A stretch of DNA of 34,157 nucleotides from IMG/VR virus record IMGVR_UViG_3300017770_000065, positions 1 to 34,157 of that record; one strand, 5' to 3'. Within the stretch, counting starts at the first letter, position 1; every line of letters begins with the position of its first letter. The stretch is from a virus. Its lineage: Duplodnaviria > Caudoviricetes. Shown here piece by piece: positions 18,648 through 29,544 of this stretch. The notes beneath the pieces were generated by a model that worked only from the letters and a program-made list of their open reading frames with translations, searched no databases and was not told where the DNA came from. The translations under genes were made by a program, and so were the position numbers.

Positions 18648-21600
18648 ATGGACACACAAAACTCATTTTCTGGAATAATCAAGCAATTCACACAGATGAA
18701 TGCTAATGCGTTAGAAACTTTCGAACGTATTAACGAGGCAATAACAAGTGAAAAAGATGCCATTACAGTTTCTGTCGATTTATTCGGCACGCCAGACGAC
18801 GACGGTGTAACTACCATTAAGACATATCAAATACCATCCTTTGGTTTTTTAGATAGAGAAATAAAAAGACTAGAAAATAATATTAAAGCGCTAAGCGGTG
18901 TTGGAACTGCAGACGCAACTGTTCAAATGCCAGATGGTAGTTTTAAAAAGATTATTGCAAGAAAACTTAAAACTCCCGCAAACGATTTAACTTCAATCGC
19001 ATTACCTACGCAATTTGTAACTACAGATAATGACTTTTTTGAAGATTATTTAAATCCATTATTAACTGTTAAATTTGATGTTAGTAATCAAATCGCCGTT
19101 GATACTGAAAGGGTTTTAGTAAAAAGATATATTTTCCAAGCAAATGATGAATTTGCTGCGTCATATTTTGAAGATAATTATATAAACGTAGATGAAATAG
19201 ATTATCAAACATTTGTCGAAGGCTTAGTAAGTAGCGGCGCAAATGCTACAATAGATGAACAAGTTAGAGACCTTCCTTTTAAAGCAACACAGTATTATGG
19301 AGGCTTTGATGTATTGGCTGTTGAAAATGCTGAAAGAGAATTTATTGTAGATGGAGAACCAGTATTAAGATCAGTTAAACTATATACTTTAAATAAACTA
19401 ACATATACTGATGGTGCAAAATCCTTAAAAGATACTGAGTTTATTTCAATTGGAGATGAACTGTTGGTAAATAGCGGTAATAATAATACAAGATACAAAG
19501 TTGAAAACATTTACAATGGGACTAGTCAAGTAGAGCTTAGGTTAATAGAAGGATTTGACAGTATTAAAATTGGAGCAGATCAAGTTAGAATTTATAAATC
19601 ACTTGAAAATAAAGTAGATCTTAGCATTAACGTGGGTTTCGATGAGAGACAGGTTGTATTCTTTAAGGCAATAGATCCTGATTCTAAAATTATTGCAGAA
19701 AATTGGTCACCTGGTGTTGGTTTTTATTCTAACGATTTAACAATTGAAAGTCAAACTGGTGGAACTCAAACATTATCTGCATTTTATAGAGATAGCGTTG
19801 CTGATTTTGGTCAATTTATTAAATCATTAAAAGAAGATTTTATTCCACCAGCAACCGTTGGTATTACGCCAGATCCAGTATTATTAGATGCTGCTAATTT
19901 CAAAGTAGTACAAATAAATACTCACTTAACTGAGAATGATGCATTTGATAACATAAAGAAATTAAACAACGATAAAATTACTATTAGTGAAAATATTAAG
20001 AAATTAGATGATAATATTACAAGTAAAAGAAGCGAGGTTGCCACTAAAAAGTACAAATCTGAAATTGAAAAAAGTAAAGATAAAAACAACTTAAATACTT
20101 TAATTGAAAAAAGAAGTGGAGAGGCTCAATTATATTCTTCTATTGTAAATCAAATTCAAAGTATTAGTACAGATCAAAATGTAAAGGATATTAAGCCTAA
20201 ATTTAGAGTTAGAGGTTTTTGGAAAGTGCCCGAAGCAAAAACAAATGCAGATACACTTCCACAAGAAATTGTTAAATTTAGTATTCAATATAGATATGTT
20301 TCTGCAAGCGGTAAAACAAGTAATATTGAACAAATTCCATTTACACAAGATAATAGAACTACAACTGCAAGTTTTTCTAATTGGAATCAATTAGACACTC
20401 CAACTAGAAAGAGACAAAGAGATGTAGTAACCGGTAAATATGTTTGGATAACAGAAAGCGTTGAAGATGGTCAAGAAGTAAATTTTAATCAATTAGACCT
20501 TCCTATTAATCTTGGTGAAAATGTTGAAATTAGAATGAAAGCAGTTTCAGAAGCAGGTTATCCTTCAAATCCTATAACTTCTGACTGGAGTGAAACTATT
20601 TTAGTTCAATTTCCAGAAGGTTTATTAGATACAAGTGATATTATTAATTTGGTAGATGAAAACAGTAAAGAAACTACTTATGTAAAACTTGTTGAGGAAT
20701 TAGATTCTAAAGGAGTTTATACACACATTGCTGATAGTTTTAGTGCTAATGAAAAATATTTTGTACACGGTGCAGCTGCGATAGCTTCTGGTTTTTTATC
20801 AGATGAACAAACTCCAATTAGTTTATTTGATAAATTAATAGACTTACAAAAAGAAGTTGACAATTTAAGGGAACAACTAGAAAATGCAGAAGGAGAATTA
20901 GTGGTATCTTTAATAGATGAAGAAGGGACAGCTACTTCTATTAATGCAAACAGTACAACTAAGATATTCGCAGGGTATTACGTAGATGAGGTTGCAGATT
21001 TAAATATTAAAAAGGGACATATTGTTACAAAAACATTTAAACTATTATTAGAAAATAGTAAGGCCACTGATTTAGAATTAATGGCTAGAATGATAGGAAA
21101 CCGAAACGAATCTGTACAGCCTTCTTCGGCAACTGGAACAGAGACTACGTTTGAAATGGGAACACATGATTATGCTATAAGCACTGCTCCTATAATAGAT
21201 AGCAGAATCCAAAACGACACATATTATACAGTTGAGGGTAAATATGACTTAGTTCCTATACAATATCAAAATGTTTCTAATAATGATAGAGCTGAGATAT
21301 TTAATAGTAGAGCCCCTTTTCAATCTGCTCAAAGAAAAGGACAGTTTATATATGCCAGATACATGGATGTTGCTGGTGAAAATCCAATGTATGCGACCGC
21401 ACCTCTTTCTTATTTAAAACTAATTGATGCTGGAGACACAGCAGGGGCTAATGCAATCGTTAATGGACCTGGTGAATTTGAATGTTATGGTCAAATAGCA
21501 ACAGGAACTGCAGGTAGTAATGAGGACTTTATATGGTCTGGTGAATATGATGCGGATGGAACTCCTCGTTTAATTAAATTAGACGGTAATTTTACATCGA

Positions 21601-22292
21601 CTGAATATGACGAAGGATTATATTTACACAAAGATCATTATAATTGTGTTAATGGAGCACCTATATTAGATGCTAATGGTAATCTTCAAACTGATTCAAA
21701 TGGAAGACAATCTGTTACACTACCTGTAACATGGACATCTGCTGATAATTTTGCTAGTTTAAAATATGGTAGTGACTCACATGCTGATTTACAAACAGCA
21801 TACAGATTTGAAAAGTCAGGAGGATATTTAAGAGGTATGAAGATGTCATTTGAGGATAATGATCAATATTTATTGGGAGGTAAGTCTTGTGGAGCTTATT
21901 TGTTTTTAAGTCCTACTAGAATTGGAAGCTTATCGGTTGATGGAGATAATAAGTTTGGTAAAAGGAGAATTGGCAAGGTAGATTCTAAACAAGTAAACTC
22001 AACGGCTTCTAAGGCGCCTAATATTACAGTTGATGTTGTTTTTCAATATAGAATGACAGATTATTTTGGTGTAACTGCAACGGGAGGAGTTGATACATCT
22101 GATGGTAAGTTAGGAGGATTATATACAAACCCTATTACTAATTTAACTTATTCTAAAAAAATAGGACTTGATATTTTTGATTCGAATGATAATCAATTTT
22201 CTTTTGATTTAGAAGTATTTGCAAAATATAAGCCTAGAGGATATAACTTAAACAATACTAAAAAGGTTAGACTTCTAAAATCTCTAGATTAA
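18648..22292 (+). CDS. large structural protein (coiled coils, FN3-like segment)
   Basis: 1214 aa; two coiled-coil stretches; VEIRMKAVSEAGYPSNPITSDWSETI resembles an FN3 C-terminus. Confidence 0.65.
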   Translation: MDTQNSFSGIIKQFTQMNANALETFERINEAITSEKDAITVSVDLFGTPDDDGVTTIKTYQIPSFGFLDREIKRLENNIKALSGVGTADATVQMPDGSFKKIIARKLKTPANDLTSIALPTQFVTTDNDFFEDYLNPLLTVKFDVSNQIAVDTERVLVKRYIFQANDEFAASYFEDNYINVDEIDYQTFVEGLVSSGANATIDEQVRDLPFKATQYYGGFDVLAVENAEREFIVDGEPVLRSVKLYTLNKLTYTDGAKSLKDTEFISIGDELLVNSGNNNTRYKVENIYNGTSQVELRLIEGFDSIKIGADQVRIYKSLENKVDLSINVGFDERQVVFFKAIDPDSKIIAENWSPGVGFYSNDLTIESQTGGTQTLSAFYRDSVADFGQFIKSLKEDFIPPATVGITPDPVLLDAANFKVVQINTHLTENDAFDNIKKLNNDKITISENIKKLDDNITSKRSEVATKKYKSEIEKSKDKNNLNTLIEKRSGEAQLYSSIVNQIQSISTDQNVKDIKPKFRVRGFWKVPEAKTNADTLPQEIVKFSIQYRYVSASGKTSNIEQIPFTQDNRTTTASFSNWNQLDTPTRKRQRDVVTGKYVWITESVEDGQEVNFNQLDLPINLGENVEIRMKAVSEAGYPSNPITSDWSETILVQFPEGLLDTSDIINLVDENSKETTYVKLVEELDSKGVYTHIADSFSANEKYFVHGAAAIASGFLSDEQTPISLFDKLIDLQKEVDNLREQLENAEGELVVSLIDEEGTATSINANSTTKIFAGYYVDEVADLNIKKGHIVTKTFKLLLENSKATDLELMARMIGNRNESVQPSSATGTETTFEMGTHDYAISTAPIIDSRIQNDTYYTVEGKYDLVPIQYQNVSNNDRAEIFNSRAPFQSAQRKGQFIYARYMDVAGENPMYATAPLSYLKLIDAGDTAGANAIVNGPGEFECYGQIATGTAGSNEDFIWSGEYDADGTPRLIKLDGNFTSTEYDEGLYLHKDHYNCVNGAPILDANGNLQTDSNGRQSVTLPVTWTSADNFASLKYGSDSHADLQTAYRFEKSGGYLRGMKMSFEDNDQYLLGGKSCGAYLFLSPTRIGSLSVDGDNKFGKRRIGKVDSKQVNSTASKAPNITVDVVFQYRMTDYFGVTATGGVDTSDGKLGGLYTNPITNLTYSKKIGLDIFDSNDNQFSFDLEVFAKYKPRGYNLNNTKKVRLLKSLD

Positions 22293-22313
22293 TAATTCAT
22301 TTAAATTAAATAA

Positions 22314-22322
22314 GATATATAA
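22314..22322 (+). promoter_or_regulatory. GATATATAA late-promoter-like motif
   Basis: Intergenic, 36 nt before the ATG at 22359. Confidence 0.6.
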
Positions 22323-22358
22323 TTCTAAAGATTATATTATCAAAAAATAAAAAGATTA

Positions 22359-25300
22359 ATGTCTAGAAGTATTAGAACCGATATAGAAAATAACGGCAAG
22401 GTTAATAACTTGTCTAAGCCTATTTTTAGGACTAATCCTATTCTTTCTACTAATATTAAACTAATAGTAACTGATGATGATATGTATTTAGAAAGCATAG
22501 ATTCTTCTAGTCTTTTAATGAGTTCTAATTATAAGAAGTATCTTGTTAAGGAAAGTGGATCATATTCATATGATCTTTCTAAATTTTGGAGGCTTAATTC
22601 AACCCCATTAGATTTAGCATTTAAAGTCAAAAGGGAATATTCTGACTTTTCAGTATTGGATAGTTATAATAAACAGTTTGAGGAATCTTATTCGTATGGA
22701 ACATCTGTTAATTACTCTAAAATATATGACTATAGCTATAGAATGTTTGCTCCTATATGGTTAGATAAAAATATTCCTAAAAAATTTTTAATCTATAGGG
22801 TATTAGATCCTGTGGATCCTGTTTCTTTAAATAGCGTTGATAGAATTAATAATATTCTTTCTAAATCAACCTTAATAAAAACTGTAGATCTTTCTATTAA
22901 AAGCAAAGTCGGAAAATATTTAAGAAACTATGTGGCAGATGAAAACTTTCCTAAATCTCCTATTACTGTTTCATTTAATAAAGATGAAAAGGTTTTTTAT
23001 AATGGAGTAGATTTAGAAAAAGGAGGATTTGTAAGTAGGGGAGAATTTCAATATAAAGACACTTTAGATATTGATAAACCTTTAATAGAATATAATGAGT
23101 TTATAAGCAATGGATTTAAAAGAAACTCAATGGTGTGCGCCAATTTAATTAATTTAGAGTTTTTATTTAATGATGAAACTGCTGAAGAATTTTCTATAAA
23201 TAGATATTTTGGTATTTATGTCGATGATCATTCAATAGGAAGTGGAATTGTAGATGATATTAAAAACGATTTAATAACTTTTTCTGAGGTAAGTCACAAC
23301 TTAGACTTAAATGGAAGTGACGCTTATTTTTCAATACCTAATTCTGATTTTTATAAAAAATCACCGATGCTAGGATGGGTTAAAAACTCTGTAAACTACC
23401 ATAATGTTAAAAATGGAGCTGATTGGGACTATTCTAAAATGCAGCTTAAAATTGATTCTAATAATAAAGATTTAAATAATTTTTTAGGAATTAAAAAAAC
23501 AAATAAAAATATAGAAATTTTTAAAAACGAAGAAGGGGTTGGAGATTATTTAAAATTAAATTTAGTAGCTAATCCTCTCAACGGTGACGAGTTTGGAATA
23601 TATTCTCTTAAAAAACAAAGATTTATTATATCCATAGTTACTAATATTAGTGGAAGTAGTATTATAATAGAAGATGAAAATGGGTCTCAAACATCTGTAA
23701 ATTCTGGCGCTACTGAAAAAGAAACACTAGAAAACATAATTAATAATTGGAATTTTAGCAAGTATTCTTTAGAGTTAGAAAGTAATAAGAGTGGAAAATA
23801 TCAGATACAATTAATAGAAAAGGAATACAACTTTGATAATAGACATAGTTTTAGCTTTATTCAAACTGCAAACGCATCTATTGTGAAAATAGAAAGGACA
23901 TTTACTCCAATGGAGATAAATGAAAATACATTTATTTGTGATAACTCAATTGATAAAGGTAAATTCATTGATAATAGATTTTCAGGAAATGGAACTTTAG
24001 AAAACGTAAGTAATTCTATTTGTGAGGCTATAGAAAATAAAACTAGGTTTTTAACAGAGCAAGATGGATCTATAATTTATTTAAGAACCCCCATAAAGGG
24101 TTATAATAGAAATAAAGAAGTGTTTTTGTATAAAAAAAATTCTAGTAGATTTTTAGAAATAAATGAAAACGAAGATGTTTTAAATAGTTTAAATATAAGT
24201 TCATATGTTCTTAGTTTAAATAAAGCTTATTTATTAAAAGGAGGTAGTAATAAAAACGAGTCAGTTTATACAAAACCAGATGATTTTAATCAAGTAAATA
24301 TTGGAGAATACTTACTTAACAATGACGGTTCTTTTAATAAAATAATAGATAAGTATGAGGAATTTAATATGCTTATTTTGCAAGATAAAAATAAAAACTT
24401 GGAAGGCGTCATTAATTTATATTCTGATTTTAGACTAGAATGGGGAATGTTTAGTGCGTATGATATTTATGACTTTAATTTTGATTTTTATGATACTTCA
24501 AATTCAAATTTAAAGGAATTATTATTAGAAGATATTGAGTATGTTAATACTTGGCCAAACAGTAATGTAGAAGGAGATCCCGATGAAGGAAAAAAAGCAG
24601 CATATGAAAATATTGAAGCAATACAAGAAAGCGCTGAATCTTATTTTGCAAATCTTATTCCTATATTAAACGATGAAACTACTGAAGAAAGAGAAGTTGA
24701 AAAAATCTATAATGAATATGATCGTTTACAGGAAAATTATACTACACAGTTTGCTACTCTTTCTAGGATTATACCTACTATAAATAAATGGTGTTTAAAA
24801 GATTCTAAAAACGTTAGAGAGAATCCATACTATTTAAACTGTGACGAATCTTTTGGTGAAACTAATTTTTCACCAAGCATGGACGTAAACGGAACTGATA
24901 AGGATAAAATGACACATGAATGGTTTTATCTAGACAAATTACCAACATATTTCGATCAAAAAAATATAAACTCTGCCTTTAGTTATGTAAACCCTTTAGA
25001 AAACGTTGGGTTTAATTTAAATCTTTTAAAAGATATTAATTTTGATTATTTTCAATCTTATTTTTTAAGTAAAGGATATATGACTTCTGCTGGTGTTTTT
25101 GCTAAAACTAAACCTTTAAAAAAATATACATTAATTGATGGAGGCAATTCACAAAGCTTTTCATCTACAATATTTAAAGGATTAAAATTTACGCCTAAAT
25201 TAAGAAAAAGAATTGGAAATAATATTACTAAAGAGTTTGTAAAGACATCTGAATTTAATGGTTATAAGTTTTCAACATGTTTAAAAACTAATTTTAATAA

Positions 25301-27077
25301 CGCTATTCCAAATTATTTAAAAGTTCACGTAATAGAAAATAAAACTTTTAAAAACATAACACTAGTTTTAGAAATTAACATAAGCGATGATAGTTATGAT
25401 TATTTAAATAGAAAATTATTGTATGAATTAGATCACAAAACTAAAAATGGTGTTTTCTCTGATTCAATATTATCTGGTTCTTTAGATTTAAATTCAGCAG
25501 ATTTACAAATTGGAGGTTTTACTACTGTAAAAGGAGTGCCTGCTGCTAATGGATCAATTCCTCAATTTACTACTCAAATACTTAAAGATCCAAATACTGG
25601 TTCATATGGTTCGATAAATATAACAATTGGTGAATTAACATATGAACTTGCAGTTAGTAGTGTAAACAACGATTCAGAATTATTAATTTCTGGAGGAATG
25701 ATGATAGAAGGAGTTAATCAGCCTACTTCATATTATAGTGAAAATGATTATAAACTAGCAAGTTATGGATATAAAAATGGAGGTATATTTGCACATAGAG
25801 AACTTTTAAATCAATTAAACCCTTCTAAAATAAATGAAATATTAAAAGGGTCTAATGTTGAATATATTACAGTAGAATTAGATGGTTCTATAACTAATAA
25901 TAGACTTATTTTAGATATTGAAGATGGAGTTGAATTAGTTAAAACATCTAGCCTTTATCCTGAAATAGATATTAATAAACCAAAATCATTTAAACTATCT
26001 AATGAAGTAATAGGTTATGATATACAAGAAAGATCTAAATATTTTGCATTTTTAACTAGGCATAATGGAAACTACACAGTGGATATGAATCCTATAATTA
26101 CATTTAGTGAGCCCTTTAGTATGCATAAAATAAAAACAGATTGGACTAATGAGGCATATTCAAGTCTTTATTATAATTATGATACTAGTAGTATTGATTT
26201 AAATAATTTAACCGCAGCCCTTTACAAAAAACTAAATAATTGCGGAGTTCTTTTTAACGTAGGTGAAATAAAAGACCGTAGTCATGATGAAAGCTGGGGA
26301 ATTATTAAAAATCATTTCTTTCATAAAGTAAATGAAATAGATACAGAGGGTGTTATAAAATTATCTACAACTGATGATTTACTTCCTAAGTATCAATTGA
26401 TAAATGAAATAGCTATTGATAAGAAAGACAAGAACGTTTTCAAGTCTAGGTGGGAAAATGATTATTATGTAAGAAGTTTAAACGGGGGTGAAATTAACTT
26501 ACAGCCGGGTACAAAAAATATAATTGAAGAAAAAAGTTATGGAGCATCTAGCGTTATAAAAACAGGAGATTCTTATGATTTATTTAATTTTACAACTAAC
26601 TTATTTAATAATATAGAAGAATTAAACGATATTAAATCTTCTAACAATACTTCATACGACATTAACTTTATAGAAACTGAAACAGAAGTTATTATGGACT
26701 TTTATTTAATTAGAAATTTTATTAAATTTTTAGATAATAAAGGGGTAAGAAAAACGATTAGCAAATATGTAAATGTTGAAAATAGCTTTGGAAGAATAGA
26801 TACCTTAGATGATGACATAGAGGGATATATTTCTGAAAACATAATTAAGTTATATACCGTTTCTTTAATAGATCTATATGTGTTAGAGTCTAAGAATATA
26901 AATACGAATGTTAGTAGTGTTGAAAGTTCTTCTATTATATCAAGTGGAGGATATGTCTTAGACAATAATTATTCGTTTAAAAAAGATCCTAAAAACCCTC
27001 TAAATTTTAGATTAATATATAATAAAAGATTAGGCTTCTCTTATGAGATTAGACCTTTAGTAAAAATAAAAACATAA
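22359..27077 (+). CDS. very large N/K/I-rich putative structural protein
   Basis: 1572 aa uninterrupted ORF in the tail module; no recognisable catalytic motif. Confidence 0.65.
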   Translation: MSRSIRTDIENNGKVNNLSKPIFRTNPILSTNIKLIVTDDDMYLESIDSSSLLMSSNYKKYLVKESGSYSYDLSKFWRLNSTPLDLAFKVKREYSDFSVLDSYNKQFEESYSYGTSVNYSKIYDYSYRMFAPIWLDKNIPKKFLIYRVLDPVDPVSLNSVDRINNILSKSTLIKTVDLSIKSKVGKYLRNYVADENFPKSPITVSFNKDEKVFYNGVDLEKGGFVSRGEFQYKDTLDIDKPLIEYNEFISNGFKRNSMVCANLINLEFLFNDETAEEFSINRYFGIYVDDHSIGSGIVDDIKNDLITFSEVSHNLDLNGSDAYFSIPNSDFYKKSPMLGWVKNSVNYHNVKNGADWDYSKMQLKIDSNNKDLNNFLGIKKTNKNIEIFKNEEGVGDYLKLNLVANPLNGDEFGIYSLKKQRFIISIVTNISGSSIIIEDENGSQTSVNSGATEKETLENIINNWNFSKYSLELESNKSGKYQIQLIEKEYNFDNRHSFSFIQTANASIVKIERTFTPMEINENTFICDNSIDKGKFIDNRFSGNGTLENVSNSICEAIENKTRFLTEQDGSIIYLRTPIKGYNRNKEVFLYKKNSSRFLEINENEDVLNSLNISSYVLSLNKAYLLKGGSNKNESVYTKPDDFNQVNIGEYLLNNDGSFNKIIDKYEEFNMLILQDKNKNLEGVINLYSDFRLEWGMFSAYDIYDFNFDFYDTSNSNLKELLLEDIEYVNTWPNSNVEGDPDEGKKAAYENIEAIQESAESYFANLIPILNDETTEEREVEKIYNEYDRLQENYTTQFATLSRIIPTINKWCLKDSKNVRENPYYLNCDESFGETNFSPSMDVNGTDKDKMTHEWFYLDKLPTYFDQKNINSAFSYVNPLENVGFNLNLLKDINFDYFQSYFLSKGYMTSAGVFAKTKPLKKYTLIDGGNSQSFSSTIFKGLKFTPKLRKRIGNNITKEFVKTSEFNGYKFSTCLKTNFNNAIPNYLKVHVIENKTFKNITLVLEINISDDSYDYLNRKLLYELDHKTKNGVFSDSILSGSLDLNSADLQIGGFTTVKGVPAANGSIPQFTTQILKDPNTGSYGSINITIGELTYELAVSSVNNDSELLISGGMMIEGVNQPTSYYSENDYKLASYGYKNGGIFAHRELLNQLNPSKINEILKGSNVEYITVELDGSITNNRLILDIEDGVELVKTSSLYPEIDINKPKSFKLSNEVIGYDIQERSKYFAFLTRHNGNYTVDMNPIITFSEPFSMHKIKTDWTNEAYSSLYYNYDTSSIDLNNLTAALYKKLNNCGVLFNVGEIKDRSHDESWGIIKNHFFHKVNEIDTEGVIKLSTTDDLLPKYQLINEIAIDKKDKNVFKSRWENDYYVRSLNGGEINLQPGTKNIIEEKSYGASSVIKTGDSYDLFNFTTNLFNNIEELNDIKSSNNTSYDINFIETETEVIMDFYLIRNFIKFLDNKGVRKTISKYVNVENSFGRIDTLDDDIEGYISENIIKLYTVSLIDLYVLESKNINTNVSSVESSSIISSGGYVLDNNYSFKKDPKNPLNFRLIYNKRLGFSYEIRPLVKIKT

Positions 27078-27078
27078 G

Positions 27079-29529
27079 ATGGCAATTAATATAAAGGAAT
27101 TATTCGATGCTGATGCGGAAAATATTAAAGTTGATAAAATAAATTATAACTTTGATCAAGTTTTAGCTAACGGCGGTGGTGCAACTGGCCTTAAAGGAAA
27201 TCCAGGCATAGTAGGACCAGTTGGTCAAAAAGGAACAGGTGGTGATAAAGGGAGCAAAGGAGAAGTAGGACCTAAAGGTGATGCAGGAGCTTCATCTAGT
27301 TTATGGGACAGTGACGTCATAGGAATTAATGGATATGATGTAAGAATACTTAGACCATACGACGTTGATCCAGAACCTAACACTGATCCAAACAATATAC
27401 CAGAAGGTAGAAGAAGTAGATTAATTTTAGGTCAAAATACATATGCAGACCCATTAGAACCTAATACACTAACAGGTACTCCAAATGGTTTATTAAATTT
27501 AATAAATCCACCTGTTATTAATAACGATGTAACTGCTCAAATTATATTTGCAAATAACGAGAGTGGTAATCCAAAGGAATTTAAGATGGCGACATCTTAT
27601 ACTTCAGGTAATAATAATGGGACTACATTTACTTTAAGTGCATTAGCCGCTGCATTAGGTGAAAAAACAAATTTATTAATTTCAATTCCAAATGATATTA
27701 AATTACAGTCTAATTATATAGAATTAGATGGAGACAATTCAAAAATTAAAAATAGCAATAATCTTATTATAGATAGTGGCGCTCAGACAGAGGTTTTAAC
27801 AGAAACGTTTAATCTACAAGCATCTGATTCTGTTACATTATCAGCAGCATCTGATTTGACTTTAAATTCTTCTGACAGAATCGATATAACTGCAACATCT
27901 GTTCTTGAGTCTAGTGCTAATAACACTACACAATATTCTCTTTTAAATTCATCTCAGCAAGGAGGAGAACATTTAATAGTGGCAGAAGAACATTTATTAA
28001 TTAGAATAGCTGGAACAAATTCAAATAATACTCATAATAAATTACACATTGAGTCGGATTTGACTACTTCCGGTAATAATGTTTTATTTCAAGGAATTGC
28101 AATAAATGGAGATATAAACTCATTAAATCAAGAAGGTAAAGTTGCAAATAGTTCAGCCTTCGATACAGGTTATGGTATAAGATTTAAAGACGGATTAGAC
28201 GTGGATGAAAGTATAATATCTAACGGACAAGCTGCAACTAGATTATATACTGAAAAATCACAAAGTACTAATCTTCAAGAAAAGACATTATCTGATTATT
28301 ATAGTGACTTCGCGTTAGAGGATGCCCTTAGACTTAATATATCTAATCCAACAAGTGTTCCAGCAATAAACGCTAATCCTCAATATACGACTGGAATGGA
28401 AAGTTTTTATAAACTAAGAAGCGCTAGCGGAAGCAGCAATGGATTTGAAATGGAAAAAACTACTGTTTCTAAAATAGGAAGTACTGTTTTTGTTAATACT
28501 TCTTTAAAAATTAGAACGCACCCTATTTGGGCAACATATGGTTTAAGTGGAAATCTCGCAAAAAATCAAATGTGTTTTAGATTTAATCCTTTAAAATTTC
28601 CTTATAGGAATGATGGTGGATCGGTGGTAACATTTCCAATAAATATAGGAACTCAATTCAACATGCAGTTTGGTACAGTTAGTTCAAGTGGAGAGAGAAC
28701 ACAGGGCGGATACAGTTATGACTATTTTAATGGAAGAGATATAGAGAATGGTTATTTACCTGCAACTGTAGGTTCATATAACATATTTGGTAGAATATAT
28801 AATAACTCTAACGTTGTTTATTTATTTAAAACAGTAAAAAGAGATTTTGCTGGAGAAACTGCTGCGTTTCAAGTGCCACTTGTACCTGCTGATTTTGTAA
28901 GACAATGGGATGCTACAAATTCTCCGGGCCCTTCACAATCTATTAGTATGGAATTTTCGTTTAATATGTTAAGTAAATTTAATTCATATACTAGTATATC
29001 TTCGAGCTCCAATAGAAATCAGATAAATAGCATTTATGCTGCTCCATCATTTAATGAAAATATTCAAGTTAGAAGCGCACATACTGGAGATATAAATCTT
29101 CCTAGTGCCACAAATGATGGATTTGATAAAATGTCAACTTGGGCTGCAGGTAATCAGCAAAGTTATTTTAGAACGAATGCTGCCAACTCATACACTTCGG
29201 GTAATTATACAGTACCGGAGAATCATGGGATGAGTTTTATTTGGGTTAACGTACCTCCTCACTGTAATTTAAATATCGATACTCTTGATTCACAAACTCC
29301 GCCATGGCCAATTGCACCAAGCGCAAGTAATGCGATAACTTTTGACAACGCAGTGTGTTATGATGATACTCAGGATAATACTTGGAATTCTGATAATAGA
29401 ACCAGACTTTGGTATAGGTATAAAATTGTTGCTAAAACTAATACTGTTCAAAACAAGAGAGACTTCACTGTTACGTTTACTGCAAGTGGTTATAACAACA
29501 AAAACATAACATTGTCTCAAGGTACTTAA
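27079..29529 (+). CDS. collagen-repeat tail fibre / receptor-binding protein
   Basis: N-terminal KVDKINYNF anchor, 13 Gly-X-Y triplets, beta-repeat stalk and BACON-like C-terminus (NTVQNKRDFTVTFTASG...ITLSQG). Confidence 0.75.
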   Translation: MAINIKELFDADAENIKVDKINYNFDQVLANGGGATGLKGNPGIVGPVGQKGTGGDKGSKGEVGPKGDAGASSSLWDSDVIGINGYDVRILRPYDVDPEPNTDPNNIPEGRRSRLILGQNTYADPLEPNTLTGTPNGLLNLINPPVINNDVTAQIIFANNESGNPKEFKMATSYTSGNNNGTTFTLSALAAALGEKTNLLISIPNDIKLQSNYIELDGDNSKIKNSNNLIIDSGAQTEVLTETFNLQASDSVTLSAASDLTLNSSDRIDITATSVLESSANNTTQYSLLNSSQQGGEHLIVAEEHLLIRIAGTNSNNTHNKLHIESDLTTSGNNVLFQGIAINGDINSLNQEGKVANSSAFDTGYGIRFKDGLDVDESIISNGQAATRLYTEKSQSTNLQEKTLSDYYSDFALEDALRLNISNPTSVPAINANPQYTTGMESFYKLRSASGSSNGFEMEKTTVSKIGSTVFVNTSLKIRTHPIWATYGLSGNLAKNQMCFRFNPLKFPYRNDGGSVVTFPINIGTQFNMQFGTVSSSGERTQGGYSYDYFNGRDIENGYLPATVGSYNIFGRIYNNSNVVYLFKTVKRDFAGETAAFQVPLVPADFVRQWDATNSPGPSQSISMEFSFNMLSKFNSYTSISSSSNRNQINSIYAAPSFNENIQVRSAHTGDINLPSATNDGFDKMSTWAAGNQQSYFRTNAANSYTSGNYTVPENHGMSFIWVNVPPHCNLNIDTLDSQTPPWPIAPSASNAITFDNAVCYDDTQDNTWNSDNRTRLWYRYKIVAKTNTVQNKRDFTVTFTASGYNNKNITLSQGT
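27178..27294 (+). repeat. collagen-like Gly-X-Y repeat (13 triplets)
   Basis: GAT GLK GNP GIV GPV GQK GTG GDK GSK GEV GPK GDA GAS. Confidence 0.9.
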
Positions 29530-29544
29530 AAAATAAAAAATTAA

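Noticed and set aside
2185-29520. Minus-strand ORFs in the track (e.g. 2185-2460, 2575-2994, 6036-6305, 15903-16331, 18509-18817) and the alternate-frame ORF 17194-17385
   Set aside because: All overlap well-supported plus-strand genes, have atypical composition and lack motifs; treated as shadow ORFs.
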